Shown here: in pieces, positions 9,841-19,815 of the stretch
Position numbering within the stretch: position 1 is the first letter of the stretch
How the letters are laid out: each line of letters begins with the position of its first letter
Sequence record: OM634661.1
Length of the DNA stretch: 64,000 bases
Direction: 5' to 3' (one strand)
The notes under the pieces: generated by a model
Told to the model about the DNA's origin: nothing
The model's database searches: none
The model's input: only the letters and a program-made list of their open reading frames with translations
Program-made: the position numbers and the translations under genes

Positions 9841-10989
9841 TTATTCAGAATCAGATGCAGCAGCTTCTTTTTGGGCTTTCTCCATCTCTGCAAGCTGTGC
9901 TTTTGTGTAATGACCATCTTCATCAATGTCGATATCTTCTGCGATAGGAGCTTCGATATTATCAACACCACGAATAATATTCTCAATCATATTAAGAAAA
10001 TCAGGGTCATTTTTCAAGTGATCAGCAAACTTCTGTCTTCCTTGAAATTTAAGAACAGTTCCATTGAGTTCCATAGGATCACCATTTGCATCAAGGTATG
10101 AAAGCCAAGCGCCAGCTTTATGCATGATTCCAGCAAAAATAGCAACTTGTGAAATTTCATCAATTCTATCTATACCTTTATTGTAATAAAGAGAAAAAGT
10201 AGCTTCTTTATGAGGTGCAGATAACTTATTCTTAATAACTTTTATTTTGATTTGTTGACCAATATGCTGATCTCCATCCTTGATAGAATCTCCTCTTTGT
10301 ACTTGAAGCCTTACACTAGAGTAGAATGGCAAAGCACGACCACCAGGTGTTGTCAGAGGTGTACCATACTTAGAAAAAGAACCAATTTTCTCTCGGACTT
10401 GATTAATAAATAGTACAGTACAGTTCTCTCTCCAAGCTGGTCCATTCATTTTCTGCATAGCTTCAGATAAAAGTCTCGCTAATAATGCCATTGATTTTTG
10501 ATCCATAGAACTTTCTTCAATTTGACTTGGAGTAAGTGCTGGTACAGAATCAACAACAATCAGAGCAACTTCTCCTGATGAAATTAATCCGATAATAATA
10601 TCAATTGCGTTTTCAGCTGTTTTAGGATCAATATAGATCAATTCATCGAGATTTACACCATATTCTTTTGCCAATTGAGGATCAAGAGCATGTTCTGCAT
10701 CAACAAAAGCAACGTATCCTTTATTCTGTTTTTGAGTCTCTGCAATTATATGAAGAGCAACACTTGTTTTACCAGAGCTTTCTGGGCCAAACATTTCAAT
10801 AATACGCCCTCTAGGATATCCATTTACACCAATAGCTAAATCTAATGTTAAAGATCCTGTTGAAATAGAGTCTACAATAAGTTTTGAATCACCATTTAAA
10901 AATGTGGCAGCTGTAGCTCGTTTATCATCATAACCATAATTCTTATTGATTTGATCTAAAATTTTCTGCATGTTCTTCTTGTCTTTCAT
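9841..10989 (-). CDS. recA: RecA recombinase
   Basis: GYPRGRIIEMFGPESSGKT, FVDAEHALDP, VVDSVPAL, FINQVREKIG, PGGRALPFYSSVRL. Confidence 0.95.
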   Translation of the reverse strand: MKDKKNMQKILDQINKNYGYDDKRATAATFLNGDSKLIVDSISTGSLTLDLAIGVNGYPRGRIIEMFGPESSGKTSVALHIIAETQKQNKGYVAFVDAEHALDPQLAKEYGVNLDELIYIDPKTAENAIDIIIGLISSGEVALIVVDSVPALTPSQIEESSMDQKSMALLARLLSEAMQKMNGPAWRENCTVLFINQVREKIGSFSKYGTPLTTPGGRALPFYSSVRLQVQRGDSIKDGDQHIGQQIKIKVIKNKLSAPHKEATFSLYYNKGIDRIDEISQVAIFAGIMHKAGAWLSYLDANGDPMELNGTVLKFQGRQKFADHLKNDPDFLNMIENIIRGVDNIEAPIAEDIDIDEDGHYTKAQLAEMEKAQKEAAASDSE

Positions 10990-11004
10990 TATTCCCCCAC
11001 CTTG

Positions 11005-11325
11005 CTAAGATTTAATTTTTAAGATACGAATAGACTCTTCAAGAATATCAATTTGTTCAGCATGATACATGGAAGTTTCATGATCTTTTGAAGAGTCTAA
11101 CTTTGTTTTAAGCTCTTGTATCTTTTTTTGCAAGACTTTAATGGACAAGTCATATTCATTTTTTGATTCAGATCCAAATAGTTCATATTGTTCATTTAAA
11201 GAATCAATAATTAACTTTCTAGATTCATCATCACCATTAGTTAATCTATATTCTTGATATAAAGACATTAAGATTTGATGAAGAGCTTGCCTTAATTCAC
11301 TTCTTACTTTTCTTGTTTCAGACAT
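11005..11325 (-). CDS. hypothetical protein
   Basis: 106-aa helical ORF between recA and ssb, RBS GGAGG. Confidence 0.7.
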   Translation of the reverse strand: MSETRKVRSELRQALHQILMSLYQEYRLTNGDDESRKLIIDSLNEQYELFGSESKNEYDLSIKVLQKKIQELKTKLDSSKDHETSMYHAEQIDILEESIRILKIKS

Positions 11326-11345
11326 AGATTACCTCCGACTAGAAA

Positions 11346-11753
11346 TTAAAATGGTAGATCTTCATCAGCAATGTCATTTGTAGTATCATATTGAGATTGA
11401 GCAGGTTGACTAGATTGTGTGCTTTTAGAAGGTCTGCTTAAAAAATCAATTTGATCAGCTCTAATTTCAGAAACATACATGGTAATAGTCGTTCCATTTA
11501 CATCTCTAGGATAGCTTCTGGTTTTTAATCTTCCTTCAACAAAAACTTGTTGTCCTTTAAATGTATGCTTTTCAACAATTTCAGCTAATTTATCCCATGC
11601 TACAACATTATAATAATCAACTGCATCACCATAGTTTTCATCTACTGCTACAGTAAAGTTAGCAACAGAAGATTGCTTACCGTTTCTTGCGATTTGTTTT
11701 ACTTCAGGGTCCTTAGTTAAACGACCAATGAAAGTTGTTTTTGAATGACTCAT
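11346..11753 (-). CDS. ssb: single-stranded DNA-binding protein
   Basis: IGRLTKDPE, VANFTVAVD, VFVEGRLKTRSY and acidic tail DEDLPF; ATG 11753 after AAAGGAG. Confidence 0.93.
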   Translation of the reverse strand: MSHSKTTFIGRLTKDPEVKQIARNGKQSSVANFTVAVDENYGDAVDYYNVVAWDKLAEIVEKHTFKGQQVFVEGRLKTRSYPRDVNGTTITMYVSEIRADQIDFLSRPSKSTQSSQPAQSQYDTTNDIADEDLPF

Positions 11754-11894
11754 TAATAGTTCATCTCCTTTTTTGTTCTTGTGATTCATAAGAATCAATG
11801 AAAATAGGTAACATATTCAGACTCCCACATCTGGTGTGAAGACCTATTCTCATTGAAACCTACGAACCACTTTATTTTATCATAAATAAAATGG

Positions 11895-12719
11895 TTAGAG
11901 GTCTTTTTTCAAGAATTTCATCAACGCAAATTGATTTAATAAGTTAATAGGTGAATCATAAAAAGAATCAGATATTTTAGGCAAGGCATGATGAAACACA
12001 TGGTGAATATTAAATGAATTAATAGGCACTCCGCAAGTCTTGGAATAAGAAATAAAGTTACTTAGACATGCTGATGTAATACCTGTAGCTATTGATGATC
12101 CAGATAAATTTCCGTATCTATTACTAGGTAATGCACCATAGATGTTACTACCTGGTGCAAATATATTAGGATTGAAGTCATGGTAATAATTCATGGGTTT
12201 AAATGATTCATTTATTGCTGCCACTGAAACAACATGGTGATGAGATGCTGGAAAACCAATCTCATTAGAATCATTTGAAGCAGCAGCAACAATAATAATT
12301 CCTTTATGATAAGCTTCATTTATTTTGGAACTTAAATCTTGATCAATATGTGAAGATCCTAAACTCATAGAAATAAGATCAATGCCATGAGTAATCGCAA
12401 AGTCAATCGCTTTTATAAGCGCCTCTTTCTTTGCTTTATGATTAAAAGTAACCTTACCTATATAAATATTAGCCATTGGTGATATGCCATTATCTCCTAC
12501 AAATAAACTAGCGATGTGAGTTCCATGCCCATGAGTATCCATAGGAGAAGGATCTGTTTGATTTATAAAATCTTTAATAACAAATGTGTTTGTTTTGAAA
12601 TAAGGATGTTTGTAATCTATACCTGTATCTAAGATAAGAACCTTAGAGTTACTTCCTTTATCAATGCGTTGACAAAGATCAGGTTGAATAAAAGAATTAA
12701 ACCACGAAATTAAATTCAT
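11895..12719 (-). CDS. subtilase (peptidase S8)
   Basis: Triad motifs ILDTG, HGHGTH and SGSSIA; oxyanion AASND; no signal peptide or propeptide visible. Confidence 0.85.
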   Translation of the reverse strand: MNLISWFNSFIQPDLCQRIDKGSNSKVLILDTGIDYKHPYFKTNTFVIKDFINQTDPSPMDTHGHGTHIASLFVGDNGISPMANIYIGKVTFNHKAKKEALIKAIDFAITHGIDLISMSLGSSHIDQDLSSKINEAYHKGIIIVAAASNDSNEIGFPASHHHVVSVAAINESFKPMNYYHDFNPNIFAPGSNIYGALPSNRYGNLSGSSIATGITSACLSNFISYSKTCGVPINSFNIHHVFHHALPKISDSFYDSPINLLNQFALMKFLKKDL

Positions 12720-13230
12720 AAGGATTATCCTCTTGCTCTTCATTTTCACGATTAAACATATCTAACTCTCTTAAGCCATCTTCATCTTCTGGTAAAAAAG
12801 TCGTTTCTTCAATATCAGTGCTTTGAATAAATATTTTACTACTCATTTCTTTAATCGAATGTGAAGCGTTTGGTATTTCAAATTTCATGGTGTCAATTAA
12901 CATTTCTTCAATTGTAAATTTATTCTTATAGATAGACAAGATATGATCAGATACCAATTGTATTTTATCAGAGTCTCGAAAGCGATAAGCATGAAATGAT
13001 TCAACACCAACAGCAGTAAAATACCCTGTATCATAATAATGCTCAATAGTTTTAATGTTTAAAGATTGAAAATACTTTTTAAATTTATTAGGAACACGAG
13101 CACCATTTGTTCGTCCTCTTCTTGTTTTCAATCTATACACAATTATTGGCTGGGGAGAGCTTGCATGTCTGTTTGGTAAATGATGAATAAAAATAATATC
13201 ATCTACCTTAACACTTTTATGAATTGCCAT
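12697..13230 (-). CDS. hypothetical protein
   Basis: 177-aa ORF, RBS AAGGAAG, acidic C-terminus; overlaps the subtilase start. Confidence 0.7.
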   Translation of the reverse strand: MAIHKSVKVDDIIFIHHLPNRHASSPQPIIVYRLKTRRGRTNGARVPNKFKKYFQSLNIKTIEHYYDTGYFTAVGVESFHAYRFRDSDKIQLVSDHILSIYKNKFTIEEMLIDTMKFEIPNASHSIKEMSSKIFIQSTDIEETTFLPEDEDGLRELDMFNRENEEQEDNPYEFNFVV

Positions 13231-13251
13231 ATCTACACTTCCTTTTATAAT

Positions 13252-13650
13252 TTATTTAGAGATCTTTAAGAAGTCAGAAAATAAGTTTTTAATATGTTTA
13301 ATTTGATCATGGTAATTTTTACTATCTGTAAAAGAAAGATAATCAACCCATAAGTGATCAAGTTTTTCACTTAATACAGAATAAAGTTCTCTAAAGCCCA
13401 TTAATGAGTGAAATAAATCATAGTAATAAAATTCTAGGTCAAAATGAACAGGGTTTTTTTCTAATTCATTTATAAAACGATTAGTTTTTTTGATAAATTC
13501 ATTATCTTCATCTGAAAAAAAAGAGATGAATGGAATGTTTAATTGAAAGTTAATACCATCTTCCAAATCAAATGTCTCATATGGTTCTACAGTAATACCA
13601 CTATCAAGAATAACTTTTTGTACTTTTGAATAATCATACTTATAACTCAT
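13252..13650 (-). CDS. hypothetical protein
   Basis: 132-aa ORF with RBS GGAG. Confidence 0.7.
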   Translation of the reverse strand: MSYKYDYSKVQKVILDSGITVEPYETFDLEDGINFQLNIPFISFFSDEDNEFIKKTNRFINELEKNPVHFDLEFYYYDLFHSLMGFRELYSVLSEKLDHLWVDYLSFTDSKNYHDQIKHIKNLFSDFLKISK

Positions 13651-13674
13651 ATATTTTCACTCCATAATTAAAAA

Positions 13675-13890
13675 TTATTTAGTCGCTTTTAAATCAGAGA
13701 ATTTTCTTGAGCCATATGTTCTAGGAATTTTATAAAGAATAGGGTCTTGAATAGGTTCATCAGAGATAGTAATAACACTTACAATATTATAGTTTTTATA
13801 AAGCTTATCTAAAGCATCTTGTTTGTTCTTTCCTTTAACAGTTAAAACGACATTATCTTTTTCAGTTTTACATTTAATATAGAAACGCAT
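13675..13890 (-). CDS. hypothetical protein (71 aa)
   Basis: Start reassigned to ATG 13890 after AAGGGG. Confidence 0.6.
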   Translation of the reverse strand: MRFYIKCKTEKDNVVLTVKGKNKQDALDKLYKNYNIVSVITISDEPIQDPILYKIPRTYGSRKFSDLKATK

Positions 13891-13903
13891 ATCAAACATC
13901 CCC

Positions 13904-14638
13904 TTAGAAAAAATCTTTAAAATCAGTGATAATAATTTCATCAAAATGCCTGTCATAATATGTTCGATGGTTATTAATAAAATACTTTTTTGAAGATCTT
14001 CCGTATTGAACAAGATTATTAAATGGAAAAACCGTTAAGCTTGTACCAAGAACAATAAGAAGATCTGATCTCATAATTGAATCTATAGCTTTATTGATAA
14101 ATCTTACTTGTTCTCCATACAAAACAATATCAGGTCTTAAATAATTAGAAGTTTTGCAAGTTGGACAATAACCATTGAAAGCATAATTATCAGCAAGATG
14201 TTCATAAGTATTTAATTTATTAGTACATTCAGCGCAAATCATTTTCATACCTTCTCCATGTACATTAAATACGTTCTTACTTCCTGACCTTTCATGTAAT
14301 CCATCAATATTTTGTGTAAATACTTCAACATTTGCATGTTCTTGTAAATTAGAAATGAAATCATGTACTTTATTAGGATGAGCTTTAAGAAATTGAGGAA
14401 TAAAATATTCACAATAAATTGATCTCAACATGTTTAGGTCAAAGTCTTTAGAAAGAACTTCTTCAAAAGAATATTCACTAGGAAAATGTTTAGCAGAATT
14501 TTGAGATCTAAAGTCTGGAATACCACTAAGAGTACTAATTCCTGCGCCTGTAAGAACAACGATATGATTAGATTTTTGAACATCTCTTAAAAGATCTCGT
14601 TTTTGAAGATCTAAAACATGTCTTTTATTTTCATGCAT
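13904..14638 (-). CDS. sirtuin (Sir2/CobB-type NAD-dependent deacylase)
   Basis: GAGISTLSGIPDFRS, TQNIDGLH, HG..CxxC..CxxC, LRPDIVLYGE, GTSL. Confidence 0.92.
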   Translation of the reverse strand: MHENKRHVLDLQKRDLLRDVQKSNHIVVLTGAGISTLSGIPDFRSQNSAKHFPSEYSFEEVLSKDFDLNMLRSIYCEYFIPQFLKAHPNKVHDFISNLQEHANVEVFTQNIDGLHERSGSKNVFNVHGEGMKMICAECTNKLNTYEHLADNYAFNGYCPTCKTSNYLRPDIVLYGEQVRFINKAIDSIMRSDLLIVLGTSLTVFPFNNLVQYGRSSKKYFINNHRTYYDRHFDEIIITDFKDFF

Positions 14639-14666
14639 AATAAACCTCCAGTGATTTAATAGAAAG

Positions 14667-14694
14667 AAAAGACCTTAATTAAAAGGTCTTTTTT
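14667..14694 (-). terminator. intrinsic terminator
   Basis: AAAAGACCTT-TTAATT-AAGGTCTTTT. Confidence 0.65.
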
Positions 14695-14697
14695 AGT

Positions 14698-15246
14698 TTA
14701 TTCTTCAGGATCTTCATCTGAATCAATAAATATAGTTCTACTTTCGTATACTTTGTCAGGATTTTCTTCTACATACTGATACATAAAATCGGACATATAT
14801 TTGTCTTCTTGTAATTCAATAAATTCTCCAATTAAATCACTGTTAGAATCAATCAGATTTTTTATATTATTGAAATAATCTTCATAATTTCCTTCTCTTC
14901 CAAGATAATCTCCAAACTCTTTATGTTCATGATGATTGGCATAATAATCTTCTTTAATATCAAGAGATGGATAGATAGCAGTGTATTCAATTTTATTTCT
15001 TTCAAGAATTTCATAGATTTCTTTCTCCGATGGAAGTAGCATAAGTTTAAAAGTAACCATATCTTCAAGAATTCTTTCTTCTAAATTAGATGGAAATAAA
15101 GGATTGTTTCTTATCTTGCCTGGTCTAATTCTAAACTGAGTTGTATCTAGATCTAAAACGTTACATCCTTTAATGTTAAATGCTTCAAATTCACTAGCCA
15201 TAGTTCTTCCCATTCCTGGGAATCCAACGAAAATTTTTGCTGTCAT
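14698..15246 (-). CDS. P-loop-like phage protein (nucleotide kinase fold, Walker K replaced by R)
   Basis: N-terminal IFVGFPGMGRT. Confidence 0.55.
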   Translation of the reverse strand: MTAKIFVGFPGMGRTMASEFEAFNIKGCNVLDLDTTQFRIRPGKIRNNPLFPSNLEERILEDMVTFKLMLLPSEKEIYEILERNKIEYTAIYPSLDIKEDYYANHHEHKEFGDYLGREGNYEDYFNNIKNLIDSNSDLIGEFIELQEDKYMSDFMYQYVEENPDKVYESRTIFIDSDEDPEE

Positions 15247-15269
15247 GTTATTTAACCTCTTCCTTATTT

Positions 15270-16232
15270 TTAGAATAGAAAATCGTCATCTTTAAGTGGC
15301 TCTACTGTTGCCTTTTTGTAACCATTTCCCTTCATAGAAAAGAAATCATGTGATTTTGTCTTTGTATTCAATCCGTTCAAGACAATAGGGTTAATCTGTT
15401 CTTCTTCAAAATAAGGTTCAATACCAAGGTTCATAAGCGCTTTGTTGGCATTGTATCGAATAAATTTCTTTACATCAGATGAAAGACCTAAAGATCCATA
15501 AATATCATCAGTGTAATGAAGTTCATTGTCATAAAGCTCAACTAAGAAGTCCATTGCAAAATTAGTTAATTCAATTTGAGTTTGCTCATCTTGTTCATTG
15601 AATATTTCTTGTGCTAATAATCCAACGTACACACCATGAATCGCTTCATCACGCAAAATCAAGTTGATGATTTCACCACTTTGCATGAGCTTTCCTTGTC
15701 CATAGAAATATAGCGGGTAGTAAAAACCACTATAAAATAGGAAGCTTTCTAAATAAACAGAAGCAACCATTCCTTTATAAAGAGAAATTGGATCATCCTT
15801 TTTAATCGAACGGTAAGTATCAACAATCATGCTTGCTTTCTTTTGAAGGTATTTGTTCTCTGTAACCCAATTAAATACTTCATTAATTGTTTCAGTCGGG
15901 GCGAGTGTTAAGAAAATATTAGAATATGACTTGGCATGAACTGCGTTTTCCATCATTGCCATAAAGTTTAATACAGCTTTACGCTGATGGCCTTCTACGT
16001 GTTCAGCCACAATCGGCATACCTGTATTTCCTTGTTCTGTGTCAAGTAAAGTAAGTCCACCAAGTACTTTCATATAGGCTTGTTTTTCTTCTTCACTTAA
16101 AAGCTTCCATGTTAAGAGATCTCCATTTAAAGAAATTTCTTCTGGAAGCCAGAATTGCTTTACGTTCTGGTTATAAAACATCTGAGTAAAATCATCTTCA
16201 GGTTTTGACCAGTTTGCTGCTGTAAATGTCAT
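15270..16232 (-). CDS. nrdF: class Ib ribonucleotide reductase beta subunit
   Basis: [50 protein letters not shown]. Confidence 0.97.
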   Translation of the reverse strand: MTFTAANWSKPEDDFTQMFYNQNVKQFWLPEEISLNGDLLTWKLLSEEEKQAYMKVLGGLTLLDTEQGNTGMPIVAEHVEGHQRKAVLNFMAMMENAVHAKSYSNIFLTLAPTETINEVFNWVTENKYLQKKASMIVDTYRSIKKDDPISLYKGMVASVYLESFLFYSGFYYPLYFYGQGKLMQSGEIINLILRDEAIHGVYVGLLAQEIFNEQDEQTQIELTNFAMDFLVELYDNELHYTDDIYGSLGLSSDVKKFIRYNANKALMNLGIEPYFEEEQINPIVLNGLNTKTKSHDFFSMKGNGYKKATVEPLKDDDFLF

Positions 16233-16321
16233 TTTTTAATCCTCCGTTTTTCCAAAATCTTCAGTTGTGAATATACCTTGTCATCATAAGCATAAGGCGT
16301 GTGAAAGTAAAGTCTTGACTT

Positions 16322-16885
16322 CTAGATATCTACACCAGTAAACCATTTAGTATATGCAGTTAAGATTTTTTGGTGTGCTTTTTCATATCTAGGGAGTAAG
16401 GATTGAGATTTCTCATAAAAAATATCAGATGGTCCTTTCGAAATTGCTTCATGACATCTAGACATATTGTGTTCTATATCTTTTAATTTAACAAAGATGG
16501 AGTAAATGTTTTTAGAATCACATATCTTTTGAATGTATTCAAAATAAGTCTCATCTTGTCTTGTCAAAATATCTAATGATTGACGAAGAAAAGTAAAATC
16601 ATCAGTCGTTAAATGTCTGATAAGAATAGAGTCAAGTTCTGTAATTGCAGTAAAGTGTTTGTCAATATCAAGATCTTTTGTATCTTCTATAAAATCATGA
16701 AGAATACCTGTTGTCCAAAGCAGGAGTCCTTTAGGAAGAGAATCAGCAACATAAAGAGAATGTTCATACCCTTCTTTGTCTAAAAACTTTTTAACACATT
16801 TTTTAATTTGTTTCTTATAAGATGATTGATCAGATGTTGATAGATATAATTCAGGCGGAACAGTCATTGAAGATTCTATATCCAT
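16322..16885 (-). CDS. HD-domain hydrolase, RelA/SpoT hydrolase (Mesh1/SAH)-like
   Basis: YEHSLYVA, GILHDFIEDT, LTR..YFEYIQKI, VKLKDIEHN. Confidence 0.7.
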   Translation of the reverse strand: MDIESSMTVPPELYLSTSDQSSYKKQIKKCVKKFLDKEGYEHSLYVADSLPKGLLLWTTGILHDFIEDTKDLDIDKHFTAITELDSILIRHLTTDDFTFLRQSLDILTRQDETYFEYIQKICDSKNIYSIFVKLKDIEHNMSRCHEAISKGPSDIFYEKSQSLLPRYEKAHQKILTAYTKWFTGVDI

Positions 16886-16900
16886 GTTGAAACTCCTTTC

Positions 16901-16931
16901 AAAAAAGCCCAAGTGCAATGACTTGAGCTTT
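16901..16931 (-). terminator. terminator between nrdE and the HD gene
   Basis: AAAGCTCAAGT-CATTGC-ACTTGGGCTTTTTT. Confidence 0.6.
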
Positions 16932-16952
16932 CATAGTATTTTTAAAATTGTT

Positions 16953-17216
16953 TTACCATAAAACAGTGTCTTTTTTAACATCTTGAAATGTTTCTTTATT
17001 TATACCATAAACAACAAAGCTTAATAGTATAAATATCCAACTGAAAGGATGTAAAGCTCTGGCTTTAGAAGTATATCTATATATACTGCCATCTTTATAT
17101 CCTTTTTCAATTAGTTTAAAGCATCCAAGAAAGTAAAAGATTTTATGAGCAAGAGAAGAAGATGCAAGATATTCTTTCTTCGTCTCATGAGCACGTTCTT
17201 TTTTTACACTGCACAT
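16953..17216 (-). CDS. small membrane-associated protein overlapping the nrdE stop
   Basis: 87-aa ORF; hydrophobic PFSWIFILLSFVVYG. Confidence 0.55.
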   Translation of the reverse strand: MCSVKKERAHETKKEYLASSSLAHKIFYFLGCFKLIEKGYKDGSIYRYTSKARALHPFSWIFILLSFVVYGINKETFQDVKKDTVLW

Positions 17217-19306
17217 GACAAGCAGCCTTCTTGACCTGTATCTTTAGTTCTTGCATAATAAAGTGTCTTGATACCTTTATGGTGTGCATAAAGGTCGATG
17301 CGGTTTAAGTCACGAGTTGTCATTGTATCTTTCAAGAATAGTGTAAAGCTGATTCCTTGATCAACGTGTTGTTGAATTGTTGAGATCATATCAACTACTC
17401 TAAACATATCCATATCATATGCTTCTTTATAGAAGAACCAGTTTTGCGGTGAAAGACCTGGCATTGGATAGTATGTTTTACTATTTCCATATGTTCTTTC
17501 TTCAATACGTTCCATAATAGGCATTACAGAAGCTGTTGCAGATTGTACATAGGAAATAGATCCTGTTGGTGCGATACATAGACGATAGCTATGATACATA
17601 CCATTTTCTGCTACAAAATCTTTAAGCTTCGCCCAATCTTGTTTTGTTGGAACATCCATTCCTTCAAATAGAGCAGATGCTTTTTCTGTTTTAGGAGAAA
17701 AATCATTTTCTAGATATTTAGTAAAGTAATCTCCAGTTGCATAACCAGATCCTTCATATCCATAGAATGTTTCACCAGTTTCTTTAGCAATTTCACTAGA
17801 ACGTTTAATAGAATAATAGTTGACCATCATAAAGAATGTATTAGCAAAATCAATTGCTTCATCACTCTCATATGCAATCCTGTTTTGAGCAAGATAACCA
17901 TGAAGGTTCATTGCCCCAAGACCAATAGATCTCATCTTTTTATTTGCTTTACTAACCGCAGGTGCATTTCGAATATCAGTTGTCTGAGAAATAAGTGTAA
18001 GAGAATCTGTAGCAAGACTTACTGTCTTCTCAATAGATTTATTCTTCATGACATTCAAAATATTTAATGATCCAAGGTTGCAAGAAATATCAAGCCCAAT
18101 TTCATCTTGTTCATCATAATCTGTATAAGATGAAACTTCTGAAGCTTGAAGAACTTCTGAGCAAAGGTTTGAGAATTTTACTCGTGAAATATGATTAAGT
18201 GCATGTTCTCTATTCACATTGTCTTGGAACATAATATATGGATAACCTGATTCTGATCTTAGAATTGCTAATTTCTCAAGAAGTTTTCTAGGATTAATCT
18301 TTTCTTTTCTTACATCAGGATTATCAACAAGTTGATCATACATTTCTTCAATATTCATTTCATCAAGATGCTGACCATAAGCTTTATATACTGTGTGAGG
18401 ATAGAATACATAAGCATCTTTATCTTCTCTAGCAAGCTCGATAAATTTATCTGGCATTACTACGCCAATAGACAACGTTTTTACACGAACATCCTCATCA
18501 GCAGAAATCTTTTTAGTATCCAAGAAATCATGAATATCTGCATGAAATACATTTAAATAAGCACTGCCTGAACCTTGTCTTTGTCCCATTTGATCTGCAT
18601 ATCTAAATGCATTATCAAGAAGCTTCATGACTCCTACAACGCCTTTGGTCGCATTTTCAACATCTTTAATTGCTTCACCTTTTGCACGAAGCTTTGAAAG
18701 GTTCAAGCTTACACCGCCGCCTAATTTAGAAAGCTGCATAGAAATATCAATCGCTTTAGAAATATCATTTAATGAATCATTCACTTCAAGTAAGAAGCAG
18801 CTTACGAACTCACCACGTCTTTTACGTCCAGCATTTAAGAATGTTGGTGTACTTGGCTGATACTCTTGGCTGATTAAAAGATCAACAAATTCAAGGGCCT
18901 TTTCTTTATCTCCACCTGCAAAGAATAAAGCAACAATAGAAATTCGATCTTCATATCGTTCAAGGATTTTCTTTTTGTCATTTGTTTTCAATGCATAATC
19001 ATTATAGAATTTAAATGCACTCATGAATGATGGGAATCTAAACTTTCTTTCATAAGCCGCCTCGAATACTTCTCGAATATCTTCATCCGAATAAAGTCGT
19101 AAAAACTCTTCTTCATAATAGTCATTATCAATTAAATAATCAATCTTTTCTTTTAGGTTATGGAAAAAGACAGTGTTTTGATTAATATATTGAATAAAAT
19201 ATTGATGGACTGCCTCCTGGTCTTTTTCAAATTGAAACTTTCCTTCTTTTTGGATCATAATCTCGTTATTTAACGAAATCCAATCTGGTACTTGATTCTC
19301 ACTCAC
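17204..19306 (-). CDS. nrdE: class Ib ribonucleotide reductase alpha subunit (uninterrupted)
   Basis: TPTFLNAG, VSCFL, FSNLCSE, SCNLGS, APTGSIS and C-terminal CLSCAV. Confidence 0.97.
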   Translation of the reverse strand: MSENQVPDWISLNNEIMIQKEGKFQFEKDQEAVHQYFIQYINQNTVFFHNLKEKIDYLIDNDYYEEEFLRLYSDEDIREVFEAAYERKFRFPSFMSAFKFYNDYALKTNDKKKILERYEDRISIVALFFAGGDKEKALEFVDLLISQEYQPSTPTFLNAGRKRRGEFVSCFLLEVNDSLNDISKAIDISMQLSKLGGGVSLNLSKLRAKGEAIKDVENATKGVVGVMKLLDNAFRYADQMGQRQGSGSAYLNVFHADIHDFLDTKKISADEDVRVKTLSIGVVMPDKFIELAREDKDAYVFYPHTVYKAYGQHLDEMNIEEMYDQLVDNPDVRKEKINPRKLLEKLAILRSESGYPYIMFQDNVNREHALNHISRVKFSNLCSEVLQASEVSSYTDYDEQDEIGLDISCNLGSLNILNVMKNKSIEKTVSLATDSLTLISQTTDIRNAPAVSKANKKMRSIGLGAMNLHGYLAQNRIAYESDEAIDFANTFFMMVNYYSIKRSSEIAKETGETFYGYEGSGYATGDYFTKYLENDFSPKTEKASALFEGMDVPTKQDWAKLKDFVAENGMYHSYRLCIAPTGSISYVQSATASVMPIMERIEERTYGNSKTYYPMPGLSPQNWFFYKEAYDMDMFRVVDMISTIQQHVDQGISFTLFLKDTMTTRDLNRIDLYAHHKGIKTLYYARTKDTGQEGCLSCAV

Positions 19307-19326
19307 AATAATATACCCCCATTTTG

Positions 19327-19692
19327 TTATGATGTTTGTTTAATATACTGCACTTGATTCAAAAAATAAGAAATGTCAGATGCCATTCCTGCCAGTTCAA
19401 ATTGATGAATCAAAGGAACACTATATTGATGAGAGATAATATCAGCTGATTTAGCAAAATTATCACCCCATACTTTATTGCCACTAGCTGCCACTCCTTT
19501 TAAATAAGAGTGATTTTTTAAAAGAAAATCGTATGTCGTGGAGGGTATTTGACCCATACCAGTTGTATAGGTCACTAAAACAAAAGGCTCTGTTACTTCA
19601 AGATCATTTGAAATCTTAACAACATTCTCGTAATTTAGTTTCTTAATAAACCTTGAAACATTACCAGTCTTTGTGTCGTATACAATCAACAT
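19327..19692 (-). CDS. nrdI: NrdI flavodoxin
   Basis: YDTKTGNVSRFI, LVTYTTGMG, ASGNKVWG. Confidence 0.93.
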   Translation of the reverse strand: MLIVYDTKTGNVSRFIKKLNYENVVKISNDLEVTEPFVLVTYTTGMGQIPSTTYDFLLKNHSYLKGVAASGNKVWGDNFAKSADIISHQYSVPLIHQFELAGMASDISYFLNQVQYIKQTS

Positions 19693-19719
19693 AATAAATC
19701 TCCTTTAATTTAATAAGAC

Positions 19720-19750
19720 AAAAAAAGGGCAGGCAATTGAATGCCCACCC
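19720..19750 (-). terminator. terminator-like hairpin inside the nrdI leader
   Basis: GGGTGGGCA-TTCAAT-TGCCTGCCC then T7. Confidence 0.55.
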
Positions 19751-19764
19751 TGTACTAAGCAGGG

Positions 19765-19811
19765 CTACTACATATAATGGTCATGAAATTAAAATCATCA
19801 ATATGTCGTGT
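19765..19811 (-). promoter_or_regulatory. tandem NrdR boxes
   Basis: ACACGACATATTGATG (19811-19796) and CCATTATATGTAGTAG (19780-19765), 31 bp apart; they match the acaCwAtATaTwGtg consensus upstream of nrdI. Confidence 0.65.
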
Positions 19812-19815
19812 CCTG

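Noticed and set aside
13904-14638. Sir2 as a Thoeris/DSR-type defence NADase
   Set aside because: It is a stand-alone, Zn-binding, CobB-like deacylase with no SLOG, TIR, HerA or pAgo partner.
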